Below, piece by piece: positions 1 through 9,552 of a stretch of DNA of 64,000 nucleotides. Origin of the DNA: an uncultured Bacillaceae bacterium (lineage in GTDB: Bacteria; Bacillota; Bacilli; Tepidibacillales; Tepidibacillaceae). The translations under genes were made by a program, and so were the position numbers. The stretch covers positions 2,870-66,869 of the forward strand of contig CAZIGM010000002.1 of NCBI GenBank assembly GCA_964538675.1, in the 5' to 3' direction. How positions within the stretch are numbered: the stretch's first letter is position 1; every line of letters starts with the position of its first letter. The notes below the pieces were generated by a model that was not told the origin of the DNA, made no database searches, and saw nothing but the letters and a program-made list of their open reading frames with translations.

Positions 1-1
1 C

Positions 2-748
2 TTATTTCTTTCTTGCTATATAGAAGATTCTTTCTGTTGTATCTGCGACTGGTTGGATTTGGAAATCACCATGAACATCCATAACCTCGAAGTCAACCTC
101 TTCCAACAGTCTCTTAATAACATCGACTTTATATGTTTTTTGATGGTGTGTTTCTTGGAATTTATCATAGCTGCCATTTTCCTTTTTCATAAAAAAAGTT
201 AAATCGTGCTCGACAGTTAATTCTGTTTCGTTTACCTCAGGTATCCAGATTACTGATACATCTTCATCATTCCAAGCATATATTTGTCCATTATAAATAT
301 CAGTCATTTTATATGGAGAATGGAGGTCGAATATAAAATAACCACCTATTTCTAGGTGTTTATGTATTCTAGTAAAGGTATTTTTTAATTCTTCTATATC
401 TGCTAGATAGTTAAAGGAATCACAATAACTTATTACTAGATTAGCAGTATCGTTTAACTCTAATTCTCTCATATCCTGCTCAATTAGAAGAAATGTAACA
501 TTATTTGCTAGCATTTTATGTTTTGCGATTGCAAGCATTTCACTAGATATATCTATGCCAATCATTTCATATCCTAGCTTGCTTAATGGAATAGAGATAT
601 TGCCTGTACCACAGCCGATATCAATTATTTTTTTTGGATTTATATTGTATTTATCAATAATAGCGTTGGTAAAATCAATCCACTCTTCATACGGTGCCTC
701 ATCCATTAATTGATCATATACATAGGCAAAATTATTATAGTTAATCAT
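2..748 (-). CDS. class I SAM-dependent methyltransferase (YqeM-like)
   Basis: 248-aa ORF with SAM-binding GxGxG motif IDIGCGTGNISIPL. It is the terminal gene of a yqeG-to-yqeM type cluster. Confidence 0.8.
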   Translation of the reverse strand: MINYNNFAYVYDQLMDEAPYEEWIDFTNAIIDKYNINPKKIIDIGCGTGNISIPLSKLGYEMIGIDISSEMLAIAKHKMLANNVTFLLIEQDMRELELNDTANLVISYCDSFNYLADIEELKNTFTRIHKHLEIGGYFIFDLHSPYKMTDIYNGQIYAWNDEDVSVIWIPEVNETELTVEHDLTFFMKKENGSYDKFQETHHQKTYKVDVIKRLLEEVDFEVMDVHGDFQIQPVADTTERIFYIARKK

Positions 749-1619
749 TTTTCATATAAGTCCATCCGTCCTTTTGATAGACTATTCCATCCTTCATTAA
801 TTTTCCTAACGCCCGCTTAAAGGCAGCTTTACTTAAATTAAATTTTTGCAATATTATATCTGCAGGAGTTTTATCCCAATAAGGCATTGCACCATTGCGC
901 TCTTTTAATATCTTCAATATCTTATCTGAATCTTCAATTCTGCTTATTTCCTTCAATGGCTTCATTGAAAGATTAATTCTGCTATCTTCACGAATATAAC
1001 TAAGCCGAACTTTAATCTTTTCACCTAATCTTAATTCATGTAAACGCTCAGTCTGGTGAAGAAAACCTACTCTGTTATATTCGGTTAAATAAATATGTGT
1101 ACCCATGCTCAAATTCTTGATAACGATACCTTCAAAGAAATTTTTTTTACTCTCTGGCAATTCTTCAATAGCTCGCTTCGACATAAAACTGTCTATTTCA
1201 CTTTCTTCTCTTACCAACTCAGCTAATAGCCTTCCTTGTTTATCATGAACAAGTTTTACTAATAAATAGTCACCATTAATAGGCCAAATTTTTTTATCTT
1301 CTGGTAACTCAGCTATCGGCAAAAGAACCTGCTTACTAATATAGTTTTCCATGAAAAAACCCATCGTCGGCTTAAAGTCTTTAACCTCTAAAAAATCTAT
1401 CTCACCCAAAACTAATTTTGGATGAACTAAAGTTGCAGCAGCTCTACCTTTATGATCGTTATATAAAAAAGCTTCTACAGTTTCGCCAATTTTAACTTCC
1501 TTATTATCAGTTTCAGAAAAATGCAATAGGACGTCTTCATACCCATCGCTAAGAAAATATCCAAAAGGAGAATCTCTTTCAATTTTTAAATTATGAAACA
1601 TTCCTGTTACTAAACTCAT
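741..1619 (-). CDS. cvfB: S1-like RNA-binding protein, CvfB/YitL family
   Basis: 292-aa ORF with repeated S1-like barrel segments and a C-terminal winged-helix-like tail (KAAFKRALGKLMKDGIV). It overlaps the downstream methyltransferase by 8 nt. Confidence 0.7.
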   Translation of the reverse strand: MSLVTGMFHNLKIERDSPFGYFLSDGYEDVLLHFSETDNKEVKIGETVEAFLYNDHKGRAAATLVHPKLVLGEIDFLEVKDFKPTMGFFMENYISKQVLLPIAELPEDKKIWPINGDYLLVKLVHDKQGRLLAELVREESEIDSFMSKRAIEELPESKKNFFEGIVIKNLSMGTHIYLTEYNRVGFLHQTERLHELRLGEKIKVRLSYIREDSRINLSMKPLKEISRIEDSDKILKILKERNGAMPYWDKTPADIILQKFNLSKAAFKRALGKLMKDGIVYQKDGWTYMKND

Positions 1620-1978
1620 TATACAATCTCCTTATAATCAACTCGAGGAGCGTCGCCCCATAGACGTTCAATATTATAGAAGGTCCTTTCTTCCTTATGA
1701 AAGATATGAATGACTACGTCTCCTAAGTCAATAAGTATCCATCTAGCTTGATTTAAACCTTCCATTCCCTTAATATCAATGTTTTTCTCATTCATTTTGC
1801 TTTTTATTTCATTAGCAATAGCTTGTACTTGAGTTTCCGAATTACCACTACATATTACAAAGTAGTCTGCTATTAATGATAGTTCCTTTATATCTAATAT
1901 TACTGTATTTATTGCTTTTTTGTCGTCAGCAATCTTTGCCGTTAATTGTGCTATTTCATTTATAGTCAAACTCATCAA
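1619..1978 (-). CDS. rsfS: ribosome silencing factor RsfS (YqeL/IojAP)
   Basis: 119 aa with an ADYFVICSGNSETQVQAI type core. Its position after yqeK matches Bacillus. Confidence 0.85.
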   Translation of the reverse strand: MMSLTINEIAQLTAKIADDKKAINTVILDIKELSLIADYFVICSGNSETQVQAIANEIKSKMNEKNIDIKGMEGLNQARWILIDLGDVVIHIFHKEERTFYNIERLWGDAPRVDYKEIV

Positions 1979-2568
1979 TTTTCCTCCTTTTGCATATTTT
2001 CAATATCATCAATTAAATAATTTCTTGCTTCTAATGTTAAATAATATATCTTCATTTTCTTTTCTAGTAAAAACATTATTGTCCCATCGAATGTTGCCAA
2101 CATTGCTTTGTCTAAATCTTTTTCTGCTAATATTCTAATCTTATCTACACCCTCAAATTGCCTATTTGGTTCAATATAATCTGCTAGACAGATTATTTTC
2201 TCAATTAGTGACATATTTTTTCTTCCTGAGGTATGAAATCTAATTGAGTTTATTATTTCTTCATCATAAATATTAAATTCATCTCGGATAATTATTGAGG
2301 CCACTGGACCATGCCATAATTCTTCATTATATTCTAATAAACCATTGGGTAAATCATTCTTTTCTTTAATAAATAAAGCTAACTTATTCTTATCCCAATC
2401 CTTGCAATAATCATGTAATATTCCTGCGATCTCTGCTTTTTTTGGATCAGCACCAAATCTAATAGCTAAAGTTCTTGCAATATCTGCAACATCTAATGAA
2501 TGGAGAAAGCGATTATGATTTACTTGTTTCTTTAATTCACTCTTAAAAAAATCAATCTCCATCATCAT
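1975..2568 (-). CDS. yqeK: HD-domain protein YqeK (bis(5'-nucleosyl)-tetraphosphatase family)
   Basis: HD motif ILHDYCK and RFHTSG. ATG at 2568 lies 10 nt after AAGGAG. The ORF-track start at 2598 lies deep inside nadD. Confidence 0.8.
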   Translation of the reverse strand: MMMEIDFFKSELKKQVNHNRFLHSLDVADIARTLAIRFGADPKKAEIAGILHDYCKDWDKNKLALFIKEKNDLPNGLLEYNEELWHGPVASIIIRDEFNIYDEEIINSIRFHTSGRKNMSLIEKIICLADYIEPNRQFEGVDKIRILAEKDLDKAMLATFDGTIMFLLEKKMKIYYLTLEARNYLIDDIENMQKEEN

Positions 2569-3151
2569 AAAGATTATTCTCCTTAATATATTTTTCAACA
2601 GATTCTGGAACTACATAACGTATCTCTCTACCTATTTTTACCCATTCTCTTATCAATGAAGAGGAAATTTCTAATTGAGGCATCGGTAACATTGTAACTT
2701 TACTTAATATTTTTTTCTCTTGTTCCGTCCGACTATCTTCAATATATCCAATACGTTTCAATCCTATGAATTGAACAAGTTCTACTAATTCCTCAATCCC
2801 ATACCATTTTGATAAGCTTTTAATCATATCCCCACCAATAACAAAATAAAAGCTATGCTGAGGATATCTTGTAATTAACTCTTTCATTGAATCTAAGGTA
2901 AAGGATGGACCATTTCGTTCCATTTCAATTGTACAGATTTTATACCGTGAGTCCAATTTTAATACCTTTTCAAGCATCTCAACTCGCTGCTTGAACGATG
3001 AAATATTCATATTAAGCTTATGTGGAGGTCTATATGCTGGCATAAACCAAACCTCATCTAGATTATGGTAGAATAAGACCTGATCAGCAGCGACAAGATG
3101 TCCCATATGTACTGGGTCAAATGTACCTCCGATTATACCTATTTTTTTCAT
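2552..3151 (-). CDS. nadD: nicotinate-nucleotide adenylyltransferase
   Basis: N-terminal GGTFDPVHMGHL (HxGH) motif and ISSSLIR (ISSTxxR-like) motif; 199 aa. Confidence 0.9.
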   Translation of the reverse strand: MKKIGIIGGTFDPVHMGHLVAADQVLFYHNLDEVWFMPAYRPPHKLNMNISSFKQRVEMLEKVLKLDSRYKICTIEMERNGPSFTLDSMKELITRYPQHSFYFVIGGDMIKSLSKWYGIEELVELVQFIGLKRIGYIEDSRTEQEKKILSKVTMLPMPQLEISSSLIREWVKIGREIRYVVPESVEKYIKENNLYDDGD

Positions 3152-3153
3152 TT

Positions 3154-3447
3154 TTACCTCGGTAATTTAATCTCTTTATTTTCTTTGGATTCTTTATACA
3201 AAACTATTGTATGTCCAATAATTTGAACTAGTTCAGCTTTTGTTCCTTTCGCGAGAGCTTGTGCGACATCATCTACATCCTCAGTACTATTATTAAGTAC
3301 TGATATTTTTAATAGCTCCCTTATTTCTAGTAATTCATCTATTTGCTTAATCATATTATCGTTTACTCCACCTTTACCAACCTGAAAAACTGGATCAAGA
3401 TGATGAGCGAGTGAACGAAGATATCTTTTTTGCTTTCCTATTAACAT
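3154..3447 (-). CDS. yhbY: YhbY/YqeI CRM-domain ribosome assembly RNA-binding protein
   Basis: 97 aa with FQVGKGGV motif. Conserved position between aroE and nadD. Confidence 0.8.
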   Translation of the reverse strand: MLIGKQKRYLRSLAHHLDPVFQVGKGGVNDNMIKQIDELLEIRELLKISVLNNSTEDVDDVAQALAKGTKAELVQIIGHTIVLYKESKENKEIKLPR

Positions 3448-3471
3448 ATAATTTAACCTACCTCACATTTT

Positions 3472-4320
3472 TTAATTGGAAATAAAAGAATCAATTACAG
3501 TATTTCTCATAAATATGGTATCTGGAAAAATACCTGTCCATTTTTTAAAAGCTATTGCGCCTTGATAAACAAACATTCCAAGCCCTGTATGTACTTTAGC
3601 TTCTTTTTCATCAGCTTCTTTTAACAATTTTGTAATTAAAGGATTATAAATAATATCACTTACTAGATGACAGGATTTTATCCATTCTTTATTAATTAGT
3701 GATTGATCTACGTTTGGATATAACCCAATTGATGTTGTGTTGATAATAACATCTACATTATCAATATACTCTTTGAGATTATCTATCTTAGCAGTTTTTG
3801 TATATACATTTCTATCTAATATTTCTTTTAAATTCTCAGCTTTTTCGATATTCCTATTTATAATTATGATAGAATCAAGGTTTTGTTTAGATATTGTATA
3901 GCCAATTGCTTTCGCAGCTCCACCTGCTCCTAAAAGCATAACTCTTTTTCCTTTCATACTAATACCAGTTTCATTGATTAATGATTGAACATATCCTTCT
4001 CCATCAGTATTATATCCGATTAATTTACCATTTTGATTAACAATTGTATTAACAGCCCCAATTCGTTTTGCCTCTTCAGAAATTTCATCTAAGAACTTTA
4101 TAACATCTACCTTATGAGGAATGGTAACATTAGCACCTCTAATATTCAATGCTCTAATGCCATCTATAGCACTTTCTAAATCATTTTGCTGAACATTAAA
4201 AGCTATATAGCGATAGTTCAACCCCAGTTTATCAAACATCATGTTATGCATTATAGGAGATTTTGAATGTTCAACTGGATTGCCAATTAAACCGATAAGT
4301 TGTGTTTCACTATTTATCAT
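3472..4320 (-). CDS. aroE: shikimate dehydrogenase
   Basis: Motifs SKSPIMHN, NVTIPHK and GAGGAAKA; 282 aa. Confidence 0.9.
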   Translation of the reverse strand: MINSETQLIGLIGNPVEHSKSPIMHNMMFDKLGLNYRYIAFNVQQNDLESAIDGIRALNIRGANVTIPHKVDVIKFLDEISEEAKRIGAVNTIVNQNGKLIGYNTDGEGYVQSLINETGISMKGKRVMLLGAGGAAKAIGYTISKQNLDSIIIINRNIEKAENLKEILDRNVYTKTAKIDNLKEYIDNVDVIINTTSIGLYPNVDQSLINKEWIKSCHLVSDIIYNPLITKLLKEADEKEAKVHTGLGMFVYQGAIAFKKWTGIFPDTIFMRNTVIDSFISN

Positions 4321-4334
4321 TATTTTACTCCCAT

Positions 4335-5441
4335 CTAAATTAATGCTTTTCTAATGTGCACTCCTATTCCTTTTGGAACATATACATCAATATTTGTTGG
4401 CTCACCATCAACTGTTACCCAACCCAAGCCTGATATTACAATATCAACTTTGTTTTTACCCAAGATATTAAATGAGTGTTTTGTTTGTTCAGGAAAGGTT
4501 TTTGCCTCTTCTTTTGTCGGAGGACATAAATATCCGCCAAGATGTTTTTCGTACATTTTATCCGCATTACTTAGTTTTGCTCGATGTATTAATATATCAT
4601 TTGATAGATAGCAAACAAAGGAATTTTTTGAGTCTCTTAATTGATCTATTCTTGCCAATCCTCCCCAGAACAATGTCTGCTTACCATGTAATTGATACAC
4701 TACTGGCTTAATTATTGCCCTAGGAGATATTTTTTTTAATGTGCTAGGTGATACATGTTCGCTAAAACGATTGCGATGAATTATTCCTGGAGTATCAATA
4801 ATAAAATGCTTATCTGTTAAAGGTATTTTTACTATATTTAGTGTTGTTCCTGGATATCTCGAAGTTGTAAGCTCAACATCATTTATCTCGTGTAAAATAC
4901 TTATCAATTTATTTATAAAGGTAGATTTCCCAACATTTGTTGCTCCAACAACATAAACATCTTTATCCTTTTGTTCCTCATCTATATAATTGATTATTTC
5001 CTCTAAGCAAATATTTTTATCGGTACTTGTGAGAAATATTTTTTCTGGTAATAGTCCTTGTTCCTTTACATGCTGTAACAACCACTGTTTTATCTTTTCG
5101 TGATTAATATTTTTAGAAAAGAGATCAATTTTATTTGCTACAAGAATAAAAGGATTATTACCGATAAACCTAGGCAATCCGTGAATTAAAGTGCCATCAA
5201 TATCAAATAAATCAACAATATGTACGACTAAGCAATCGGTAAATGAAATACCGTTTAATATCTGTAAAAAATCATCTCCATTAACTTCAATTGGTAAAAC
5301 CTCATTATAGTGTTTTATTCGATAACATCTTTGGCAAATAAATTGCTCTTTTTCTAGAGAAGCTTCAGGAATATAGCCTATATTATTAGGCAGTTCAGTT
5401 TGAAGCTCAATTCCACACCCCTCACAGTATTTATCAGACAT
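4335..5441 (-). CDS. yqeH: ribosome biogenesis GTPase YqeH
   Basis: N-terminal CxxC...CxRC zinc knuckle and circularly permuted GTPase motifs (NKIDL before GATNVGKST); 368 aa. Confidence 0.9.
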   Translation of the reverse strand: MSDKYCEGCGIELQTELPNNIGYIPEASLEKEQFICQRCYRIKHYNEVLPIEVNGDDFLQILNGISFTDCLVVHIVDLFDIDGTLIHGLPRFIGNNPFILVANKIDLFSKNINHEKIKQWLLQHVKEQGLLPEKIFLTSTDKNICLEEIINYIDEEQKDKDVYVVGATNVGKSTFINKLISILHEINDVELTTSRYPGTTLNIVKIPLTDKHFIIDTPGIIHRNRFSEHVSPSTLKKISPRAIIKPVVYQLHGKQTLFWGGLARIDQLRDSKNSFVCYLSNDILIHRAKLSNADKMYEKHLGGYLCPPTKEEAKTFPEQTKHSFNILGKNKVDIVISGLGWVTVDGEPTNIDVYVPKGIGVHIRKALI

Positions 5442-5444
5442 TAT

Positions 5445-5963
5445 TTAGTCCTCCCATATAAATAACCCACGTTTTTTTAGTAATGGTAAAATAATTCGTT
5501 CAATCTTACGATTTATCTTGGTACCTTTACTTTCTTTTGTAGATATTGGTGCTACTAAAATGGCATATAGTCCCATTCTTTTGCCTCCAAAAATATCTGT
5601 AAGAAGTTGATCTCCAATTACTACTGTTTCATTAATAGAAGAATTAAGTTTTTCTAAAGCCCTCTTATAAGGACTTTTTATTGGTTTCATAGCTTTATGA
5701 ATATATGGAACTGTTAAAGGTACTGCAAATTCAGATACCCTTGTTTTATTATTATTTGAAACAATGATTACTTTAAAACCTAGTTCTTGTAAATCATCAA
5801 GCCATTTCACAAGTTTTGGAGTATGTTCTGGTGAATTAGCTTCAACCAATGTATTATCTAAATCTGTGATAATAGAAGTAACTCCCGCTTCTTTAAGCGC
5901 TTGTAAATCGATATCATATATCGAATTAACATATAAGTCAGGTACAAAATCTTTTAATTTCAT
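5445..5963 (-). CDS. yqeG: YqeG-family HAD-IIIA phosphatase
   Basis: DLDNTL catalytic motif; 172 aa. First gene of the yqe cluster. Confidence 0.85.
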   Translation of the reverse strand: MKLKDFVPDLYVNSIYDIDLQALKEAGVTSIITDLDNTLVEANSPEHTPKLVKWLDDLQELGFKVIIVSNNNKTRVSEFAVPLTVPYIHKAMKPIKSPYKRALEKLNSSINETVVIGDQLLTDIFGGKRMGLYAILVAPISTKESKGTKINRKIERIILPLLKKRGLFIWED

Positions 5964-5978
5964 ATAACTTCTCCTCGT

Positions 5979-6264
5979 AAAGCCGAACTTTATTCAGATG
6001 GAGTTTGCGTAAATCAAGTTTTCTTTAACTCCACCTGAATTCTAGTAAGACTTATCCTAAATTCATTCTCCCCCACTTAACATAGCACGACTTAATGCTT
6101 TAGCATTATAGCGTGACTTGTGCTCTTGATTATTCTTCAATGATTAGCTTCGTTGTGTGCATAGCGAGACTTGTGCTCTTGATTATACTTCTGTGTTTAT
6201 CTTCGTTGTGTGCATAGCACGACTTAATGCTTGTGTAAGTAGGAGTCTTATCATATCTGGGTAA
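5979..6264 (+). repeat. dispersed modular intergenic repeat, copy 1 (longest; contains two 53-bp tandem subunits at 6108-6160 and 6161-6213)
   Basis: Starts AAAGCCGAACTTTATTCAGATGGAG and ends GGAGTCTTATCATATCTGGGTAA. The same ends recur at 16437, 41883 and 63077. Confidence 0.85.
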
Positions 6265-6356
6265 CTAAATCTTTATTTTAACTAATTTTTCTTTATTCGG
6301 CAATAACTATACCATATTTAACCGTAAAACTGCAAAAAAAATAGGGGGTAGATCCC

Positions 6357-7130
6357 CTAAGGTAATATTTGCGGTATCATTGTAATTGGATGTTTGATCA
6401 TTATCGGCCTTATATTATATACTTTTTCAATTTCATCTTCTTTTAAAACTTCTGCAACTGTACCAATTGCTTGAATATTACCTTGTTGGTTAATTAACAA
6501 TAAGCGATCACAATATTGTGCTGCCAAGTTGAGATCATGAAGTATCATTATAACAGTTAGATTTTTATCCCTTTGCCACCTTCGAACATAATGCATCAGT
6601 AATAGTTGATTACCTATATCAAGATATGTTGTTGGCTCATCTAAAAATAATATTTGTGGTTCTTGTACCATCGCCCTCGCTAAGGATACTAATTGTCTTT
6701 CACCACCAGATAACGTTTCTACAGACTGATTACGTTTATCCAATAAATCAAATACAACTAAAGCTTTTGTTATAATATCATAATCCTTTCTTGTAAGGTT
6801 AGCAAAAGGTCTCATCCATGGATAACGCCCCATAGCAACAACCTCTTCAACTGTAAATGAAAGTCGCGGTGTCCCTTCTTGTTCAACAACTGCAATATAT
6901 TTAGCTAAATCTTTTTTGCCATAGCTATTTAATGGTTCACCTTTTAAAACCACTTCCCCCTCTTTTATAGGTAAAATTCCTGTCAATTCTTTAAGAAGAG
7001 TAGTCTTTCCACAACCATTCGGACCAATTATGCCAAAACTTTCACCTTTTGTTATGTATAAAGATATATTGTCCAAAACTTTTTTCTTATCGTAGGAAAA
7101 GGATAGTTGATTGACCTCTAATATTTTCAT
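6357..7130 (-). CDS. ABC importer ATP-binding protein (BtuD/FecE type)
   Basis: Walker A GPNGCGKTT, signature LSGGERQ, Walker B LFLDEPT. Last gene of a riboswitch-led operon. Confidence 0.85.
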   Translation of the reverse strand: MKILEVNQLSFSYDKKKVLDNISLYITKGESFGIIGPNGCGKTTLLKELTGILPIKEGEVVLKGEPLNSYGKKDLAKYIAVVEQEGTPRLSFTVEEVVAMGRYPWMRPFANLTRKDYDIITKALVVFDLLDKRNQSVETLSGGERQLVSLARAMVQEPQILFLDEPTTYLDIGNQLLLMHYVRRWQRDKNLTVIMILHDLNLAAQYCDRLLLINQQGNIQAIGTVAEVLKEDEIEKVYNIRPIMIKHPITMIPQILP

Positions 7131-8161
7131 CAGTTCTTTCCCCTCAAACTTTTTCTTAGAAAATATGCAAAAATTGGGGCTCCTATAAAAGCTGTGAGTA
7201 CACCAATTGGAAGCTCTCTTGATGGTACAATTGTTCTAGCCAGAGTATCTGTCCATAATAAGAAAATCGCACCAGCAATAGTTGAAACCGGGATTAATAT
7301 GCGATGGTCAGGACCCGTTAACAATCTCATCAAATGAGGAATAATCAGACCGACAAATCCAATTATACCGACAATCGATACAGCTGTTGCTGCCATAAAA
7401 GATGCGACAATTAAAATAGTAATCTTTATTTTCTCAACATTCATTCCGAGATGAGTAGCGGCACCCTCTCCAAGAGCTATAACATTTAGCTCTCGTGATT
7501 GAGTATATAAATATATCATACCTAAAATGAAAACAGGTAACAAAACTAGAACATCAATCCAATCCTTATTCGCTAGACTACCCATCATCCAAAAAACAAT
7601 AGATTCCATTAAATCACCAGAGATAGTTATTAAAAATATTAATATTGCACCATTTAGCGATTGTAAAATAACTCCAGCTAGTATCAATGTCTGACTTCCT
7701 CTTTGATTGTTTATATTAGCTAAAAGAATTACAAAGCTTAATGAAATTACTGCACCTAACAATGCAAAGAGAGAAGTTGTAAAATAACCAATAATCGATT
7801 CCCCTACAAATAGCATAGAGCTTGCTGCTCCTATAGCTGCTCCTGACGAGACTCCAAGAATATATGGTTCAGCTAAAGGATTATGCAAAATACCTTGATA
7901 AGCAACACCTGCTATTGATAGAATAGCCCCTACAAGAATAGCCAAAAAGATTCTTGGTAATCGCAAATTCCATACAATATTCTCTTGTCCAGTTGTCCAT
8001 GTTTGTTCAATATCGACAAAAGGCAGATGATTACACAGTATTTTTACTACAGTATTAATTGGAATTTTAACTGAGCCTATCATATTTGTAACTACAATTG
8101 ATAAGAGGAGCAAGAGAAGAAGCCCCTCTATCCAATAAATTAATTTTCTTCTCTTATTCAT
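7130..8161 (-). CDS. FecCD/BtuC-family ABC importer permease
   Basis: Polytopic membrane protein with a FecCD-type C-terminal region (GVLTAFIGAPIFAYFL). The likely start MNKRRK at 8161 overlaps the SBP gene end. Confidence 0.8.
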   Translation of the reverse strand: MNKRRKLIYWIEGLLLLLLLSIVVTNMIGSVKIPINTVVKILCNHLPFVDIEQTWTTGQENIVWNLRLPRIFLAILVGAILSIAGVAYQGILHNPLAEPYILGVSSGAAIGAASSMLFVGESIIGYFTTSLFALLGAVISLSFVILLANINNQRGSQTLILAGVILQSLNGAILIFLITISGDLMESIVFWMMGSLANKDWIDVLVLLPVFILGMIYLYTQSRELNVIALGEGAATHLGMNVEKIKITILIVASFMAATAVSIVGIIGFVGLIIPHLMRLLTGPDHRILIPVSTIAGAIFLLWTDTLARTIVPSRELPIGVLTAFIGAPIFAYFLRKSLRGKN

Positions 8162-9119
8162 CTTCAAATAATTCTGGGTATAACGCTTTAGCAAGTTCCT
8201 CGAGAGCATCAATTATTCGTGGACCTGGGCGATTTACTAAATCACTATCAATATCATATACCTGATTATATTTAACTGCATCTACATCATGCCATCCCTC
8301 TCGAGTTAAAACATTAATTACAGCATTAGAATCATAGTAACCATAAGTAGTGAAAACAACCTCCGGGTTCTTTTCTATTACCTTTTCTTCACTATATTGA
8401 ACCCAACCCTCATTATCTACGATATTTATCCCACCAGCTTTTTCAATCAATTCATTCATAAATGTATTGGTACCACAAGTCCATAAATCAGATGATACTT
8501 CAACCCAAACCTTTTTTTTATTCTCATCATTAACATTTGATATTTTATTGTCTATTGCTTCTTCCTTCTCTTTCATATCAGCTAGTAATTGTTGAGCTTT
8601 TTCTTGAGAATTAGTTATTACTCCTAAATCCTCAATAGTTTGATAAGCCTCATTTATGCTTTGAGGATTATATTTAACTACTGATATATTTAAGTCTTCA
8701 TAAGATTTTATTAATTCATCATTGTGTGCACCGAAAATAATTAGGTCTGGATTCAAATTTAATGCTTGCTCAATATTTGGGTTTACACCATCTGTAAAAA
8801 CATATTCAACTTTTTCTTGTACATCTATTGGATAATTATCATTAATTGTTACTGCTATTACTTGGTCATCTAGATCTAATTCGTATAATATTTCAGTATT
8901 ACTTGGAAAAAAAGTAATAATTCTTTGTGGTTCAGTAGGAATCGTTACTTCTATATCTCTGTAATCTTTAATAGTTAAAGGATAGATAGTTGTAAGGGTA
9001 TCTTCTAATTGCTCATTATCTCCAACTTGATTTGTATTAGTTGGTGTAGATGTACAACCAGATAAAATACCAAATAATAAAATAATTATTGTTAACCATA
9101 TAAAACTTTTTCTCATCAT
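8154..9119 (-). CDS. BtuF/FhuD-type substrate-binding lipoprotein, probable cobalamin binding
   Basis: Signal peptide with LSGC lipobox. GAGGAG lies 8 nt before ATG 9119. It sits directly downstream of the cobalamin riboswitch. Confidence 0.75.
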   Translation of the reverse strand: MMRKSFIWLTIIILLFGILSGCTSTPTNTNQVGDNEQLEDTLTTIYPLTIKDYRDIEVTIPTEPQRIITFFPSNTEILYELDLDDQVIAVTINDNYPIDVQEKVEYVFTDGVNPNIEQALNLNPDLIIFGAHNDELIKSYEDLNISVVKYNPQSINEAYQTIEDLGVITNSQEKAQQLLADMKEKEEAIDNKISNVNDENKKKVWVEVSSDLWTCGTNTFMNELIEKAGGINIVDNEGWVQYSEEKVIEKNPEVVFTTYGYYDSNAVINVLTREGWHDVDAVKYNQVYDIDSDLVNRPGPRIIDALEELAKALYPELFEDE

Positions 9120-9212
9120 AATATACTCTCCTCGCATAATTCCTTTTTCAATTCAATAGATTTAATGTGCACTATTTACAAACTTAATAAGTGCGGCAAA
9201 CTAACCACTCCC

Positions 9213-9251
9213 AAAATAAAAACCTTCTTACCCTGAGGGATAAAAAGGTTT
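9213..9251 (-). terminator. intrinsic terminator of the riboswitch expression platform
   Basis: Minus strand reads AAACCTTTTTATCCCTCAGGGTAAGAAGGTTTTTATTTT, a stem followed by a T-run. Confidence 0.7.
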
Positions 9252-9295
9252 AATACACATACTTATACCAAATATAGACGTCACTCCTTTCCCTC

Positions 9296-9460
9296 GAAGA
9301 TCTAACATCTTATCATAAACAGGCAGGTCTCCTGACTCTTGGCAATGTATTTCCACGCCTTCCCGTCTTATTCTTAGACAGTGGCATAATGTGGAATACT
9401 TCCAATTACAGTGGCGGGACCGTGTTGGGTTTTCACCAAACTTCCCTTTTATCTTCTAGT
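9296..9460 (-). promoter_or_regulatory. cobalamin (B12) riboswitch aptamer
   Basis: Minus strand reads AGGGAAGTTTGGTGAAAACCCAACACGGTCCCGCCACTG, then GCCACTG, GGGAAGGCG and AGTCAGGAGACCTGCC (B12 box). Closing helix is GAAGAT/ATCTTC. Confidence 0.85.
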
Positions 9461-9552
9461 CACTTAAATACTAAAAGAACCTATTTATTAATTAAGTTAT
9501 GTAATTTTTTTATCATTATATATTATAGTTAAACAATTAACAAGTTTTTCAG

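Noticed and set aside
6108-6213. Possible CRISPR array, also considered for 21563-21768 and 36835-37044
   Set aside because: There is no regular repeat-spacer periodicity with unique spacers. The repeats are either directly tandem or irregularly spaced, and no cas genes are in the window.
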